Program-made: the position numbers and the translations under genes | Source: Octopus vulgaris | Lineage: Eukaryota | Direction of reading: 5' to 3' | Assembly (NCBI GenBank): GCA_951406725.2 | Contig: OX597814.1 | Coordinates: 38,254,001-38,318,000, forward strand | Length of the DNA stretch: 64,000 nt | Part shown: positions 13,824-26,000 of the stretch, one piece after another | Layout of the letters: every line of letters begins with the position of its first letter | How positions within the stretch are numbered: position 1 is the stretch's first letter | The notes under the pieces: model-generated | The model's input: the letters and a program-made list of their open reading frames with translations, nothing else | The model's database searches: none | What the model was told of the DNA's origin: nothing

Positions 13824-15584
13824 GTGTATATATACACGCACATTCCTGCACACTCTCACATATATTTACCTCTCTCTCTATATATTTATCTACTATGTGG
13901 CTAATAAAGAAACATATCTATCTATCAATATATATAAATACGTGTGTGTGTGTGTGTGCGTGTAAGCATATACGGATGATGTATGAAAGGATCATGGAGG
14001 TACAGTTATACTCAATTGCTTTCCGCAAATTGAAATGAATTCTTGTGAATTTATATATATTTTACTACATTCGACTTGATGCAAAATGAGAGATATTTAT
14101 GCAATTTATGGTAGAATATATAGAATCTATCCTATGCTAACCTGCACTGCACAAAGAACTACAGTCGATAATAAATTAAATCGATCATTGTATACCTATA
14201 AAACATCATGAACAAGTAACTGCTTGCTTTAGAAAATAGCTCATTTGTATTCGCTATACTAGCTTTCCTACACATAAATGCACGGAGTAATTCTTCAATG
14301 TACATGTATCAATCAAATGAAATTTCGTGTAAATAAAAATTATATTTTTATGTTTTGATGTTATTAATGTAAAAATTGAACAGAGATTTAAACAAAATCA
14401 CATTCCTAACAGAAGAAATCATGAAAATATTCTAACGCAATTTGTAAATGCAAATGTCTGCATCTCCCTGTTCTGATATTTGCTGTAACAACAGAAACAA
14501 GGTATAGGGAATGTAAATAATACATATATAAATGTGTATATGTGTGTGTGTGTGTGTAAGCTTGAATGTGTGTGCGTGTGTGTGCCTATGTGTGTGTGTG
14601 ATTGTGTGCGTATAGGTGTGTGTGTTTGTGTGTAGGCATATATTTACATTCAATTATAATTGGAATTTGAACATATAATATAGCATGCAAAGAAAACGAG
14701 CACAAAATGATATAAAAAAACAGGCATTTAAGTATCCTTTCACATATAATGCACACTTACATAACGAAACACAATGTGCATTTCATACATGACAAGAACG
14801 AAAGAAATTCAATATACTATCCCAATAAATGTAAACGTAAACATTTCGATTCTCCTATAAATAAATAAAAAAAACATCTTATTGAAAAACAAATATTAAA
14901 CATAAGAACATTTATTACAACAAAAAATCAAATATCAACGATCACTGCCGTGAATAATGGTGTGTTACAGCTAGGTTGCAACGTTATTTCTAGTTATAGA
15001 ATCATTTTAAAATCAGTGAATATGTTATAAATAATATTTTGTCCTTTTTTTTCTCTCTTTTGGTAAACTTATTTACGTGCAACTTGATTAAAATGGAATA
15101 TAAACAATTGTATCGAAATCTTGGAAATAAAATGCAACGCTAACCGTAAATAAATATTGGTAATGCCTTAATTTGTGTGAGTTTGGTTTAGAATTAATGC
15201 TACGAGATGGACCGACTGAAGGAAATCCTTCTAAGAAACTATGTGACGGAACCCAAATATACATTTGTTTCAAAACGATAACCATATCATTTGTCTTTCA
15301 AGGTTTTATAAAACATTCTCACAAATAATCAAAAACATTACTGACCTGAAACCTATTTGGATCATTTGGATTCGTCAACACATAGAAAAAACACACACAC
15401 ACATATATATATATATTTATATATATATTGGCAGGGCTAGACTGCTAGGTAGTCGGCCGTATGCTAGACATAGATCATGAACGATCAAACTACAAAGAAA
15501 GTTCTCTGGAGGAAAAATTCAGCGAACACCAGAACCAAATTTGGCGGGCAGGACAAATGAAAATGTATATAAAAAACATAATTA

Positions 15585-15661
15585 ATTGCATACCTCAGTT
15601 TTGGCCTTTAACAAAATAATTACTTACATAATTCAAATATCCGTGGCTTCATCAGTGGAAT
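15585..15661 (-). ncRNA. Degenerate type I hammerhead ribozyme copy
   Basis: Minus strand attcca CTGATGA agcc...ggcc AAAAC tgag GTA tgcaat. G12 is lost (CpG-type change) and stem I has a mismatch, so it is probably inactive. Confidence 0.6.
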
Positions 15662-16167
15662 CGTTCAGTGTAAATGCAATTTGTAAAAACTAACCCCAGT
15701 TTTCTGTGCCAAGAGAGACACGTGCTTAGTTTTACCGATTACATTAGGGATAAAATTTCAAATGTCTTAGTACCGGCGTGCTAAGAAATTCCTGAAGCGA
15801 AGAACTGCAGTAAATAATTCACTGCGGTTTGTGCTTGCTACTAGAGGACGTATTTATTTCAATATTTAAATAATGAGGGAGATAAATTAATATTAATTTT
15901 AATATCAATTTAGAAACCAGTAGTCCAGCATACAAAAAATCTGAGAAGTCAGAGAAAATTCTAATATATGTGTATATTGGCAGGGAAACACTGCTAGGTA
16001 GTCTGCCGTAGGCTAGAAATAGATCATCAACGATCAAACTACAAAGAAAGTTCTCTAGAGGAAAAATTCAGCGAACACCAGAACCAAATTTGGCGGGCAG
16101 GACAGATGAAAATTTATATAAAAAACAGAAGTAATTGCATACTTCAGTTTGCAATATACACTGAACG

Positions 16168-16244
16168 ATTGCACTGATGAAGCCACGGACATTTGAATTA
16201 TGTAAGTAATTATTTCGTTAAAGGCCGAAACCGAGGTATGCAAT
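16168..16244 (+). ncRNA. Type I hammerhead ribozyme motif (minimal stem III)
   Basis: Stem I attgca 16168-73 / tgcaat 16239-44; core CTGATGA 16174-80; stem II agcc/ggcc with 38-nt loop; GAAA 16227-30; stem III AC-CGAG-GT; cleavage triplet GTA 16236-38. There is an A-C mismatch at the 10.1-11.1 pair. Confidence 0.78.
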
Positions 16245-16327
16245 TAATTCTGTTTTTTTATATAAATGTTCATCTGTCCTGCCCGCCAAATTTGGTTCTG
16301 GTGTTCGCTGAATTTTTCCTCTAGAGA

Positions 16328-17396
16328 TCTTTCAAAATGACATGCTGTACTGCTTTGTGTTTTATCTGTAATCTCCAATACGAACAATTCAGAGTGTTTG
16401 GGTATCAATCTGAGGACAGTGCAGAGGATTTTGAAAGAGTTGGATGAGTCTAATGAAGATTAAGAAGGTACAGCAGCTCAGAAAGATCACTCTGATTGTT
16501 CTGATGAGAAAAGAACTCGTTTGTGAGATCCAGGCCGTGACTGACAACGATCTATCCGAGTCAATGTGGTCCGTCGCCAGAGACACGGGAGTCGCTGACG
16601 TTTATATCAGTCAGGTACTGCAATATGACATTCGGTATTCCTCAGATAAAATGAGAAATGGCTAATTTTTTTTATTTCAAGCCATCAAGGACAATAGGAG
16701 AGACCATGCTACCAAGCTTTGGATCACACTCATGCATCTTCTCCAACTGAACATGCTTTGGTTTTTCACAGGCGAGAAAAAACCTGCCAGCATGAGATGG
16801 TACCGAGAGTGATAAAAATCAAGCATCTAGTCAATATCATGTTGTTTGGAGTGATTACTAGTGATAGCAAATTTATGCCTCCATTCATCTTCCCATACGG
16901 TCTCTGACTTAACAGAGTGCCTGGAGGAGTTATTACTGCCCTGAAGGAATAGGGTTGCTGCTGGAAGACCCTATGTTTGGCGAAATGACTCTGCACCATG
17001 CCACACGAGCAGGAGACCCCAGTCAAGGCAGTCAGACAATTTCTGCTAGCATATCATCCCTAACATCTTGCCAAATAACACCATTGATTACAGCCCCCTT
17101 AATTAATATGTGTGGGGTGCAATTGAGTGGGAGGCCAAGAGAACTCTTTTTAACACTAAAGAATAACTGAAGGAAATGATTATAGCTTAAACAAGGAGAC
17201 CACCCAGAAGATTTGCAGGAGTTTCCAAAGACTTCTGGAGATCGTAGTTGAAGGCAATAACGATTTTTTTGGAATAAATTTACTCTAGTATTTCAAGATA
17301 GTTTATGTTATATTGGCAGAAATATCTATTAAAATGAGATATCAGTGTTATTTTCATTGTTGCATAATTTAGACAATTTATTCAACGCACCTTGTA
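16328..17396 (+). mobile_element. Decayed Tc1/mariner-superfamily DD37D (maT-like) transposon, 5' end missing
   Basis: Broken frames give KHLVNIMLFGVITSDSKFMPPFIFPYGL and GRPYVWRNDSAPCHTSRR...IDYSPLN*YVWGAIE, with 37 residues between the second and (decayed) third catalytic Asp. Right end ...ttcaacgcaccttg followed by TA. Confidence 0.88.
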
Positions 17397-17935
17397 TAAA
17401 TATGTATTACACACACACATCCACACACTCACACAAACACACACACATACATACATATAAATATATATGTGTGTGTGTGTGTACGAGCGTGTGTGTAAGA
17501 GACAGAGATAACCAATATCAAGACATTCGATTTGTGTTTCATTGTTTTTGATAAGTGACCTTGGAACAAGAAATTTAACATTTTCAGGGTATGATTTTAC
17601 AATAATAACCTTCCATATAATAAATATTCTTATTTGAACAGCTTATTAGGATGAGGGATCGAATTTCGAGAAAGCACAATTCCAAGAAATTAAATATATT
17701 GAGAACAATTTTCCGCGCGCTACATATTGATTACTAACATTATACAGAATTTATCCTAATCTTTAAATAATCAGGTTGAATTCGAAATATAATAACGCTG
17801 AGTGTTTATGTGAGAATATGCATAACCGTTATCGAAAATGTATTATCCAGTGTGTTGTATTATTGATTTCATACTATCATTTGCTTATACAGCAATACTC
17901 AAACGGATTATTTTTCTGGATAAGCTATGAGTTAC

Positions 17936-18029
17936 CTTCTGGCTATCACTTGCAGCCCTTGTATTGTTGAGAAGCGGTGCACGAAGTTCAGAATAATGCA
18001 TGACCTTCCTTGTTCCATATGTGGAATTG
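17936..18029 (-). CDS. Candidate internal exon (94 nt) NSTYGTRKVMHYSELRAPLLNNTRAASDSQK
   Basis: Acceptor cattgttttacacag| and donor aag|gtaact; locally raised GC; phase-compatible with neighbouring candidates. No homology support. Confidence 0.35.
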
Positions 18030-18500
18030 CTGTGTAAAACAATGTTTTACATATCATTTTCAAATAGTGGATAAACTGTCTGTCGGCGATTTTGATTATC
18101 ATTAGGAAAGTATTAATGCATAAATGCATAAATGCATTAATGATTTTTAGTTGCTTATACACTCCTATTATTTATCTGATATATAACAGCTTTATCCGAC
18201 TCAAAAGTACTCAAATAGATGAGGAATTGCGTCTGTAAATTAGCAGATATAGGACATTAATCAGTGACGCTAACAGAATATACCTAAACACATATTTCTA
18301 AAACAAGGACAGAATATTCATTCCACTTAAGGCTTATAAAGATTTTTCATCACAATGGACGCAGTTATATAAAAGTTATACGAAATTTCAATGGAGTAAC
18401 TCTAGGACTGAGGGTGTCTTAATCATCTGATCAAGAAGGAACGTTGCTTTGCGTGACTGTGCAGGGTTAGATTCTCACTAGGTATAAAATTCCACTTTAC

Positions 18501-18566
18501 CAAGTTGCATTTTGCCTGTTAGAAGTATGATGAGCTCTGCTGTATATTGGCAGACCTCGGCGATTA
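18501..18566 (-). CDS. Candidate internal symmetric exon (66 nt) NRRGLPIYSRAHHTSNRQNAT
   Basis: Acceptor gttattttcacag| and donor ttg|gtaaag; phase 2-2 joins in frame to 17936-18029. No homology support. Confidence 0.3.
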
Positions 18567-19738
18567 CTGTGAAAATAACTCAATATAGTGGTTGTATAGC
18601 AAATTGTAGTGTAAACTATCAATGACTATGCGAATAAACGTTGTTTTGTTCTGATTCCCACTAAAAGTGAACTCGTGAAATTACCTCTCTTTGACATCAT
18701 AGCACATCTCTCTGTTGATCTTGGTACATTAATTCACTCTATGTTGTTCTCCTATGTACGGACTCTTCACATTTTCCTACAATATATTGCTATTCAAGGC
18801 GAAGTAAATTTCTCCATCATACCTATTTGTGAATTATTGCAATAACAGAGTCGTACATGATAATTAATATTTGTTTGCGCCGCACCTATTAAGTTTTACT
18901 TGTAATATTCCGTATTGAACAATAATGTGCATACAAGTCTTTGCACAATGGATTTATAATCAACTAAATGCTGGAAAATCTTGCTCAAATATGATCAGTG
19001 TTCAACAAAAATAGAAATGAAAGAGCTCAAACAAAAATATTAAGTCGTTTGGTTTAGCATAGTCTTCCTTTTAGGATTTATTCAACTTTTAATTGAGACG
19101 TATTTCATGAAAATAGAACTACACCCGATGTTTATATCTATGAAAAATAGCATTTCTTTATTTGTGGATATCCGATACATTTATATATTTTTGCTAATAT
19201 TAGATCACTACCTGTAGAGGGATATTTAAGTGCTTTTAGTCCTCTCATTCTATAATCTGTCACTACGACTTTTTTATAACATAAATCAAACTTTGCAGAC
19301 CATGAGCTTCAAAAGGTTCAAATATTTATCCCAACAAAGATAACATTTTATCATATGTTTCCATGATTATGTTCCATTAAGTACGCATTGACTGACAGCA
19401 GTTGAATACATAGTACTCTTCCAGACACAATGCATTTTAATGTAAGTGGACATTAAATGTAGCTACATATGCATTCGGCATAAAATATTGAATATCAAAA
19501 TATAAACTAGGCATACACTTGTCTTTCGTTATAAAAGAAAACATGTCAATTTAAAGACGGTTTTGGCTACAACATAGGATTAAAATGAGACTTGCAATCT
19601 AATCGTGTTTCATCTCTCCATAGTTATGTAATCCATATGGTAAATACACTTGAACTAGATTTCAATATTTTCTGCATACGTCACTTCATTTTTATGCTAC
19701 TTTGATAAGTCAACTTATCTTGCTTACATTTTATTTCT

Positions 19739-19797
<59 letters not shown>

Positions 19798-19846
19798 AAT
19801 ACAAACACAGACATCCGTAAACAACTACACATATATATAGATACAC

Positions 19847-19895
<49 letters not shown>

Positions 19896-20558
19896 TTGTG
19901 TGTGTGTATATACATATGAGTTTACATACACATACATCACATACCTTTAATTATATATGTCTGTTTGTGGTCAACCTCAGTCTCGCTAGTGTACATTTCC
20001 TCCTGTATATTCTTTCGAACAGAGTTACTAGTTGATAATCATACTGTTTGGATTAAAGATACCAATTTTCTGCGTTGTAGTCTCTGTGGATTCAAGTAAG
20101 TCTTTACGAAAGAAAAGGATGAAGGATAAAAAAACCAAAACAAAAAAAATTGATGTAGTTTCTTGCACATGGAATACTCAACAGAAATATGACGATCGTT
20201 GCTCAAAACACTTAAAGTTATTCTTACACACAAGCACGGTAAATATTTTAACAATTCAACTGGAGATGAAATATCGCATGAAAAATGTATGAATACAATA
20301 TTACGGTATTTGCATTTCAATCCCAGAGACAAGAGATTATTAAATATGTACTCAAGCAATAAAAATCATCTAATGTTGTATGTATCGGTGAACAGATGTC
20401 TACAACATCCTCTCTCTATTTCCTCTCTCTTCCCCTCTGTCTTTTTCTCTCTCTCTCTCTTACTGTATATATATATGTATGTATATGTATGTGTGTATGT
20501 ATGTATATGCGTGTAACTATAGCTTTTAATATGTAAATAAATAAATGGTTTCTCTCAG

Positions 20559-20608
<50 letters not shown>

Positions 20609-20630
20609 TGTAAAATGAAAACATACATTA

Positions 20631-20665
<35 letters not shown>

Positions 20666-20714
20666 AGAGAGAGAGGGAGGGAGAGATAATAGGATATGAG
20701 TTTATACGTTTGTG

Positions 20715-20798
<84 letters not shown>

Positions 20799-21445
20799 CA
20801 CTAAGATTGGTTGAATATGGTCTGGATGTGAAGTATTGTCACGTGATGTATGTTCATTTGGCTTTGTGTTCTTTTGAATAAATGTTTTGCTAAAGTGTAA
20901 GTCTTTCTCATTTTAAAAATATGTGCCGGTTAACATTCATTTAATATAGAACAACAATTGGGTGTGATGTCCAGGTATTATTGTCACGTGAAAATATGAA
21001 TATGTGCCACAATATGTTATGCGATAATATGTACAAAAAAAATGTCAGAAATAGATTGATTGCTTATATAAAAATGACAATAAGCTATGAGTGTGTATGC
21101 ATTTGCGAATGATCCTTTACAATCTTGTGTGCGAATGTGAACAAGTAGTGTTCACACTCCAACACTCAGAAAGATAGTTATATGCATAGATAATAGCTGA
21201 AAAGGAAATACAAACGCAGCTCATCTTTAAGCTTACATAATACATTCTTAAGATGAAAATGAACAGGAAGCGTCGACGGAAGACCATAGAATGCTTTTAG
21301 GATATTTTTCCAGTTCTGCTTCTCTGCACTCTAAAGCGAGATTTTACTGAAACGCTTTCTGTAATTCTACCCCTTACAGTTTCATTCAGTTACTGTGATT
21401 TAATACGTTTAACTGTGCAAGTCTCTGTCTGTGTGTCTGACCATA

Positions 21446-21476
<31 letters not shown>

Positions 21477-21824
21477 ATTTCTCTCTTTCTCTCCTTCTGG
21501 CTTTCTTACATTAAGTGTCCAATAAACGAAGATTCATATCGCGGCCCCAGGAATCTTTCCGAAGCAACATAATGCATATAACAAAAAGAAAGCACGAAAA
21601 TTCGTACGGATGCGTATGCTATCCGTTCCACTTCTGTATTCTTAGAAATATTCGTTTTATTCCACGAAATATCCCGATTAACAGACATTATTAAAATATG
21701 TCCTTAATTGACCTACAGTAAACTTCATTTCTTAGTTGGTATAAAACTATTATATCAAACATCAGCAGTTTCTGTCAGAAAATACCACACTGATGTTTTA
21801 GGGATATAATAGATATATATCACT

Positions 21825-22201
21825 AAAGAAGAGCACTCAGACAGCGCAATCCTCCGCCAAGGCAACACCAACGTCTTCTCAACGATGAGCCAGAGATTAT
21901 TTTTAAAGTGAAAATATCTGAAATAGACTCGACTGTTCTCACAAACGAGAATACCAAAAACGAACCCGACAGCTCACAAAAATTAAGTAAAAAACAGAAA
22001 ATATGAAAAAATAATACAGAATCCTTGTCAGGTACCAGATCGATCCCAAAATTTAACCAATTCGTGCCAGTTACCATGTCAAAAATCCCTGAATGTTTCC
22101 TCCGAAACCATCCAACGGTTCTTGAGATATCTTGTCCACGGACAAACAAGCAAATACGAGTGAAAGCAATACCTCTGCCTTCCCTAACGCGGGGGTAATA
22201 A
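21825..22201 (-). mobile_element. Non-autonomous Helentron/HINE (DINE-1-like) element
   Basis: Minus strand 5' ttattacccccgcgttagggaaggcagaggtatt (subTIR plus nearby inverted copy), a GTTT/GTCC tract, then 3' subTIR ggcggagg followed by hairpin gcgctgtctgagtgc and a T-rich end. Second copy at 42811-43457. Confidence 0.72.
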
Positions 22202-22425
22202 CAAATCACATGTCTGATTGATTTCAATTGTTAACCCCCCCCCCAAAAAAAAAAAACGAACAAAAAAGAACACTAGTTTATTATAAAGTAGTAGTTATGA
22301 ATTGTGATAAATTGTAATCAAATGCTATTTAAATATTTAAAATATTTGATTTATATTTTCTAGTATTATAATTATTAAATTAATGTTCACCATTATACAA
22401 TGGGCTTTATAGATTTTGGATAAAA

Positions 22426-23052
22426 TTATCCGGTCGTAAATTAGTATAAAATATCTGGATTTGTAAACTACGATATGAATACACTGGTCAACAAAGAATT
22501 TGCCTCAAGGAAAAGAATACCTCTATCTTACTCGTTTTTGCATGCAGAATTCAAAAACAATGTAATATTATTTGTATCACCCACAGATTCTCGGTTCCTC
22601 AATATCCCTCTCAGTTCCTGTTACGTGGGCTAAATTTCAGTTAATCTGTTGAAATGTGAAGCGAACGGTTTAAGAAATACTCCTAATTTAATTTTTTTAT
22701 GAATAAAATTAACCTAGTGAATTCGGAAATCATGAGTTTCAAAAATATTTGAAATAAAAAAAAAAATATGTAAAAATACTAACACAGAGGGAAAAAAAGC
22801 ACAGAAACTACCAACACACAGAAGCACAGAAAAATATGTTATATACTAACTCAGAAAAAATAAAACAAATCACGCGGTTGAAAATAATCTCATGCTGTGA
22901 AGAATTGTGTAAAATCAACGTAGGCAACAGCGGCACAGACAACAGTGAGCCACAACACAGCGTGTGGTTATCATAGTAACAAGATGCTAATGCCACGCTG
23001 TCTGTTGATTGGCTAAATTTATCCGGTCACAAATTAGTACAAAATATCTGGA
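22426..23052. repeat. ~560-bp DNA-transposon-like remnant bracketed by 34-bp direct repeats
   Basis: ttatccggtcgtaaattagtataaaatatctgga (22426-22459) vs ttatccggtcacaaattagtacaaaatatctgga (23019-23052), 3 mismatches. The transposon nature of the interior is an impression only. Confidence 0.5.
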
Positions 23053-26000
23053 AATGAATGCATGACATTCTTATTCTAAAGCCACATTAATCACTACAGA
23101 TTTGCTTTGATTATATTTGTAGTTTTCCGAAGAATTCACATGATATTTTTCTCTGTCATTTACATGTGTAGAAGTGTTTGCATAAAAGTTGGTTCTCTGG
23201 ATTTAATTTTAATAAGCACATATACGTAGATTATTGAATCTGATGGCTACTTTATATATTACAAGTCCTTATCTATGTATAAGATGCTAGACGTTAAGAA
23301 TTTCATTATTTACTGATGTCCGTAATGTTATCACCTAAACATGGGTGTATTGGAAAAAAATTATTAAATTTGAACGGGTGGTTATTCTTCACCAAATCTA
23401 GTATAGTTGATTATTGATGACTAAGTAATATCACGAGAGATAATAAAATAGAGCTACTTGTGTATGACAGCAACATTATAGAAAAACGCCTTTTGAGAGG
23501 AAAATCCCGCTCCATAATTTATTACCTTTTAATATCTTCATTATTGAAAAACCAAGTTTTACAAGCTGTATACATGACAACATTTTTACAAATATCGTAA
23601 GGTTAATGACTTTCAACATACATAAGGCATCATTATTCATATCCTAAAAAGCGATATCGTTATTCTCCTCCTCCTCATCATCATCATAACAATAACAACA
23701 ACAACAACAACAACATGGAATTGCTAGAATCGGTTGAGTTACGGAAATGGTAAATTGCTCTTTTTAGTTAACTACTATTAGATTTTCAGTGCGAACTTCA
23801 CTGACAGTGAGTTAACATTTCTACATTTCTTATTCTATAATATAAAAATCAGTTGATTATTTAGTTCCATCTAACCGGATTTGTAAGTTTCTATAGCTTA
23901 AGACCTTGTGCTTTGGTTAGAAATTAATACAGTAATAGAATTGTTTCTTATTGTACTTATATTAGACTAAGCTTACAAACCGATAGTGTTTCTTTCTGTC
24001 GTTAGTTTCAAATCTTACCAAAAGATTAAAGAACCGAGCAACTATATAAAATTGAACAGAATGAAAATAAAATCATGAGACCACAAAGTATATAGGGATA
24101 ACAAAGATGGCAGTGATAATAACGTTTTAGATGTTTATAACATGCTTCTCTTTACGCAATTCATAGATCAACCAAACATTTCACTTTTAACGTGGACAGC
24201 TATTTGAAAGGATTGCCTTGTTTAGAATGGAGATAAATCTTTATTGATTTCTGTTAACTTCTCAAGATCGTAACAGTATGGTTGAGGTAATTATGTGCGT
24301 CTGTACATATGAGTGTCACTAGAGAGTATGTGTGTTTATGTAAATCCCTCCAGGTAACTACGCTTGGTTATTTCTTTCTACGTGTATGGCTGTCTCTCTC
24401 GATTCCCTCACGCAATATTGATAGGACGTCTGTTGTTATAGAACAATAAGTAGATGTCTGAAACGCAGCTAGTGCAAGATAAACTGTTGATGGGGTTTAT
24501 CGTCGAAAATTTCATTCGTAAACTTTGCGTCGGAATGAAATAATAGATTGATTTATTTAAATCTCCGACATTTCAATGAATGTGACAGCCATTAGAATAC
24601 GTGTAATATACACATCGCATATATATAAATCTACGCTAACATACTCACTCACACTCACATAATGCACACACACACTCACGCATGCACACACGCTCTCACA
24701 TACCCAACATATGTGTGTGTGTATTTATAATTATATAGACACGTGTGTTTGTAGTTTATGCGTCTGTGTGTGTATGGTTGTGTGTATTTCAACACCCGGA
24801 CACAAATGATTTATGCGTATATATGTATATGATGGCGGATCCACTTGTGTTTAAACTTGTGCGCTTGTATGTATATTCAGAACGGAACATACAAATAAAG
24901 AATGAACGTACGTCATCTGAGGGTTCTAACTGAAAGCTAAAGGTAATTAAATTGTTAAATGAAGAGTAAAAACCAGTTAAGAAAGCTAACTTAAGTAAAC
25001 TCCAACTAAGTCTATGCTAAAAGCAATTCGTATTTTAAATAAATCAATTAGACTATTGGAAATGATAGATATTAATACCATACAAACAACGGAACAATAG
25101 ATTTTTATTTATTAAGTCATTCTGTAGACGTCTCAAAGATTCTGTGACCCTACACTTTAGTCTGTATATCTAATTTACTAATTAGTTTTATCAAACTAAA
25201 ATCTCTCTTTTCCAATAGTTATATAGCTCATTTATTTTCTTTAATCATAAGATGTGTACGTATGCATGATTGACTATGTATCTAGAGCACTAAATTTCGA
25301 AATATATATGATCATTTGATTGGTTTTAAAACAGAGTGCTATACCAAAGTCTTTTCAACATCAAATTGTTAGACGATGGCGTCGATTAGTATAAATGGCT
25401 TGCTGGATTTAGCTACTTCTCTGTGTACTCACTTCTAGTCATCCTATGATTAACTCTATTGTTCCCAAATGATGTGTCTATAAAAGTAATATCACTCATT
25501 CAATGTACAGCCTCTACCAAGCTTTTAAGCCTTCCGTATGTCACCATTAATTATAACCATAAATTCCTCTTCTGAGAGTTAAAATTCGGCTGCCATAGGC
25601 ACTTAAGATCATAAATAGCTCTAACTGATGTAGAAAAGACCAGTGTACGGTAAATATATGTAAATGTGAGTATATTTATATGTGTGTGCATCTGTGTGTG
25701 TGTGTGTAAGTTTTCTCTTTGTGTGTCTACGTTTACTAATCATTTGCAGTTTAAAATGTGTATACAGAAATTATCCAATGCATCATATACAAGTGCGTAT
25801 AACAGATTACAGACTATAATATAAGCGTATTTATTCATCATCACTTTCAAACCAAATACTAAGTTTTCTTTTTACAGTAAAGAAAGCGCTGAAAGTCTAG
25901 GACTGAATAATGCCCATATATATGTTGATATAAAAATAACATTGTGAAGTCAGATTAGCTTCACTTTAACATAATTAAGATTTATATCAAATATAACGCA

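Larger units (their letters stand above)
15426..16327 (-). mobile_element. Hammerhead-bearing non-coding repeat, ~549-bp partial tandem plus inverted segment (Penelope pseudo-LTR or retrozyme-like)
   Basis: Unit starts at 15426 and again at 15975. The second copy runs to 16150, then 16150-16327 is the reverse complement of unit positions 15503-15679. It abuts a (CA)/(TA) microsatellite and contains hammerhead cores. Confidence 0.75.

Noticed and set aside
20290-20345. ILRYLHF peptide resembling a piggyBac transposase motif
   Set aside because: No flanking transposase motifs, TIRs or TTAA; likely chance.
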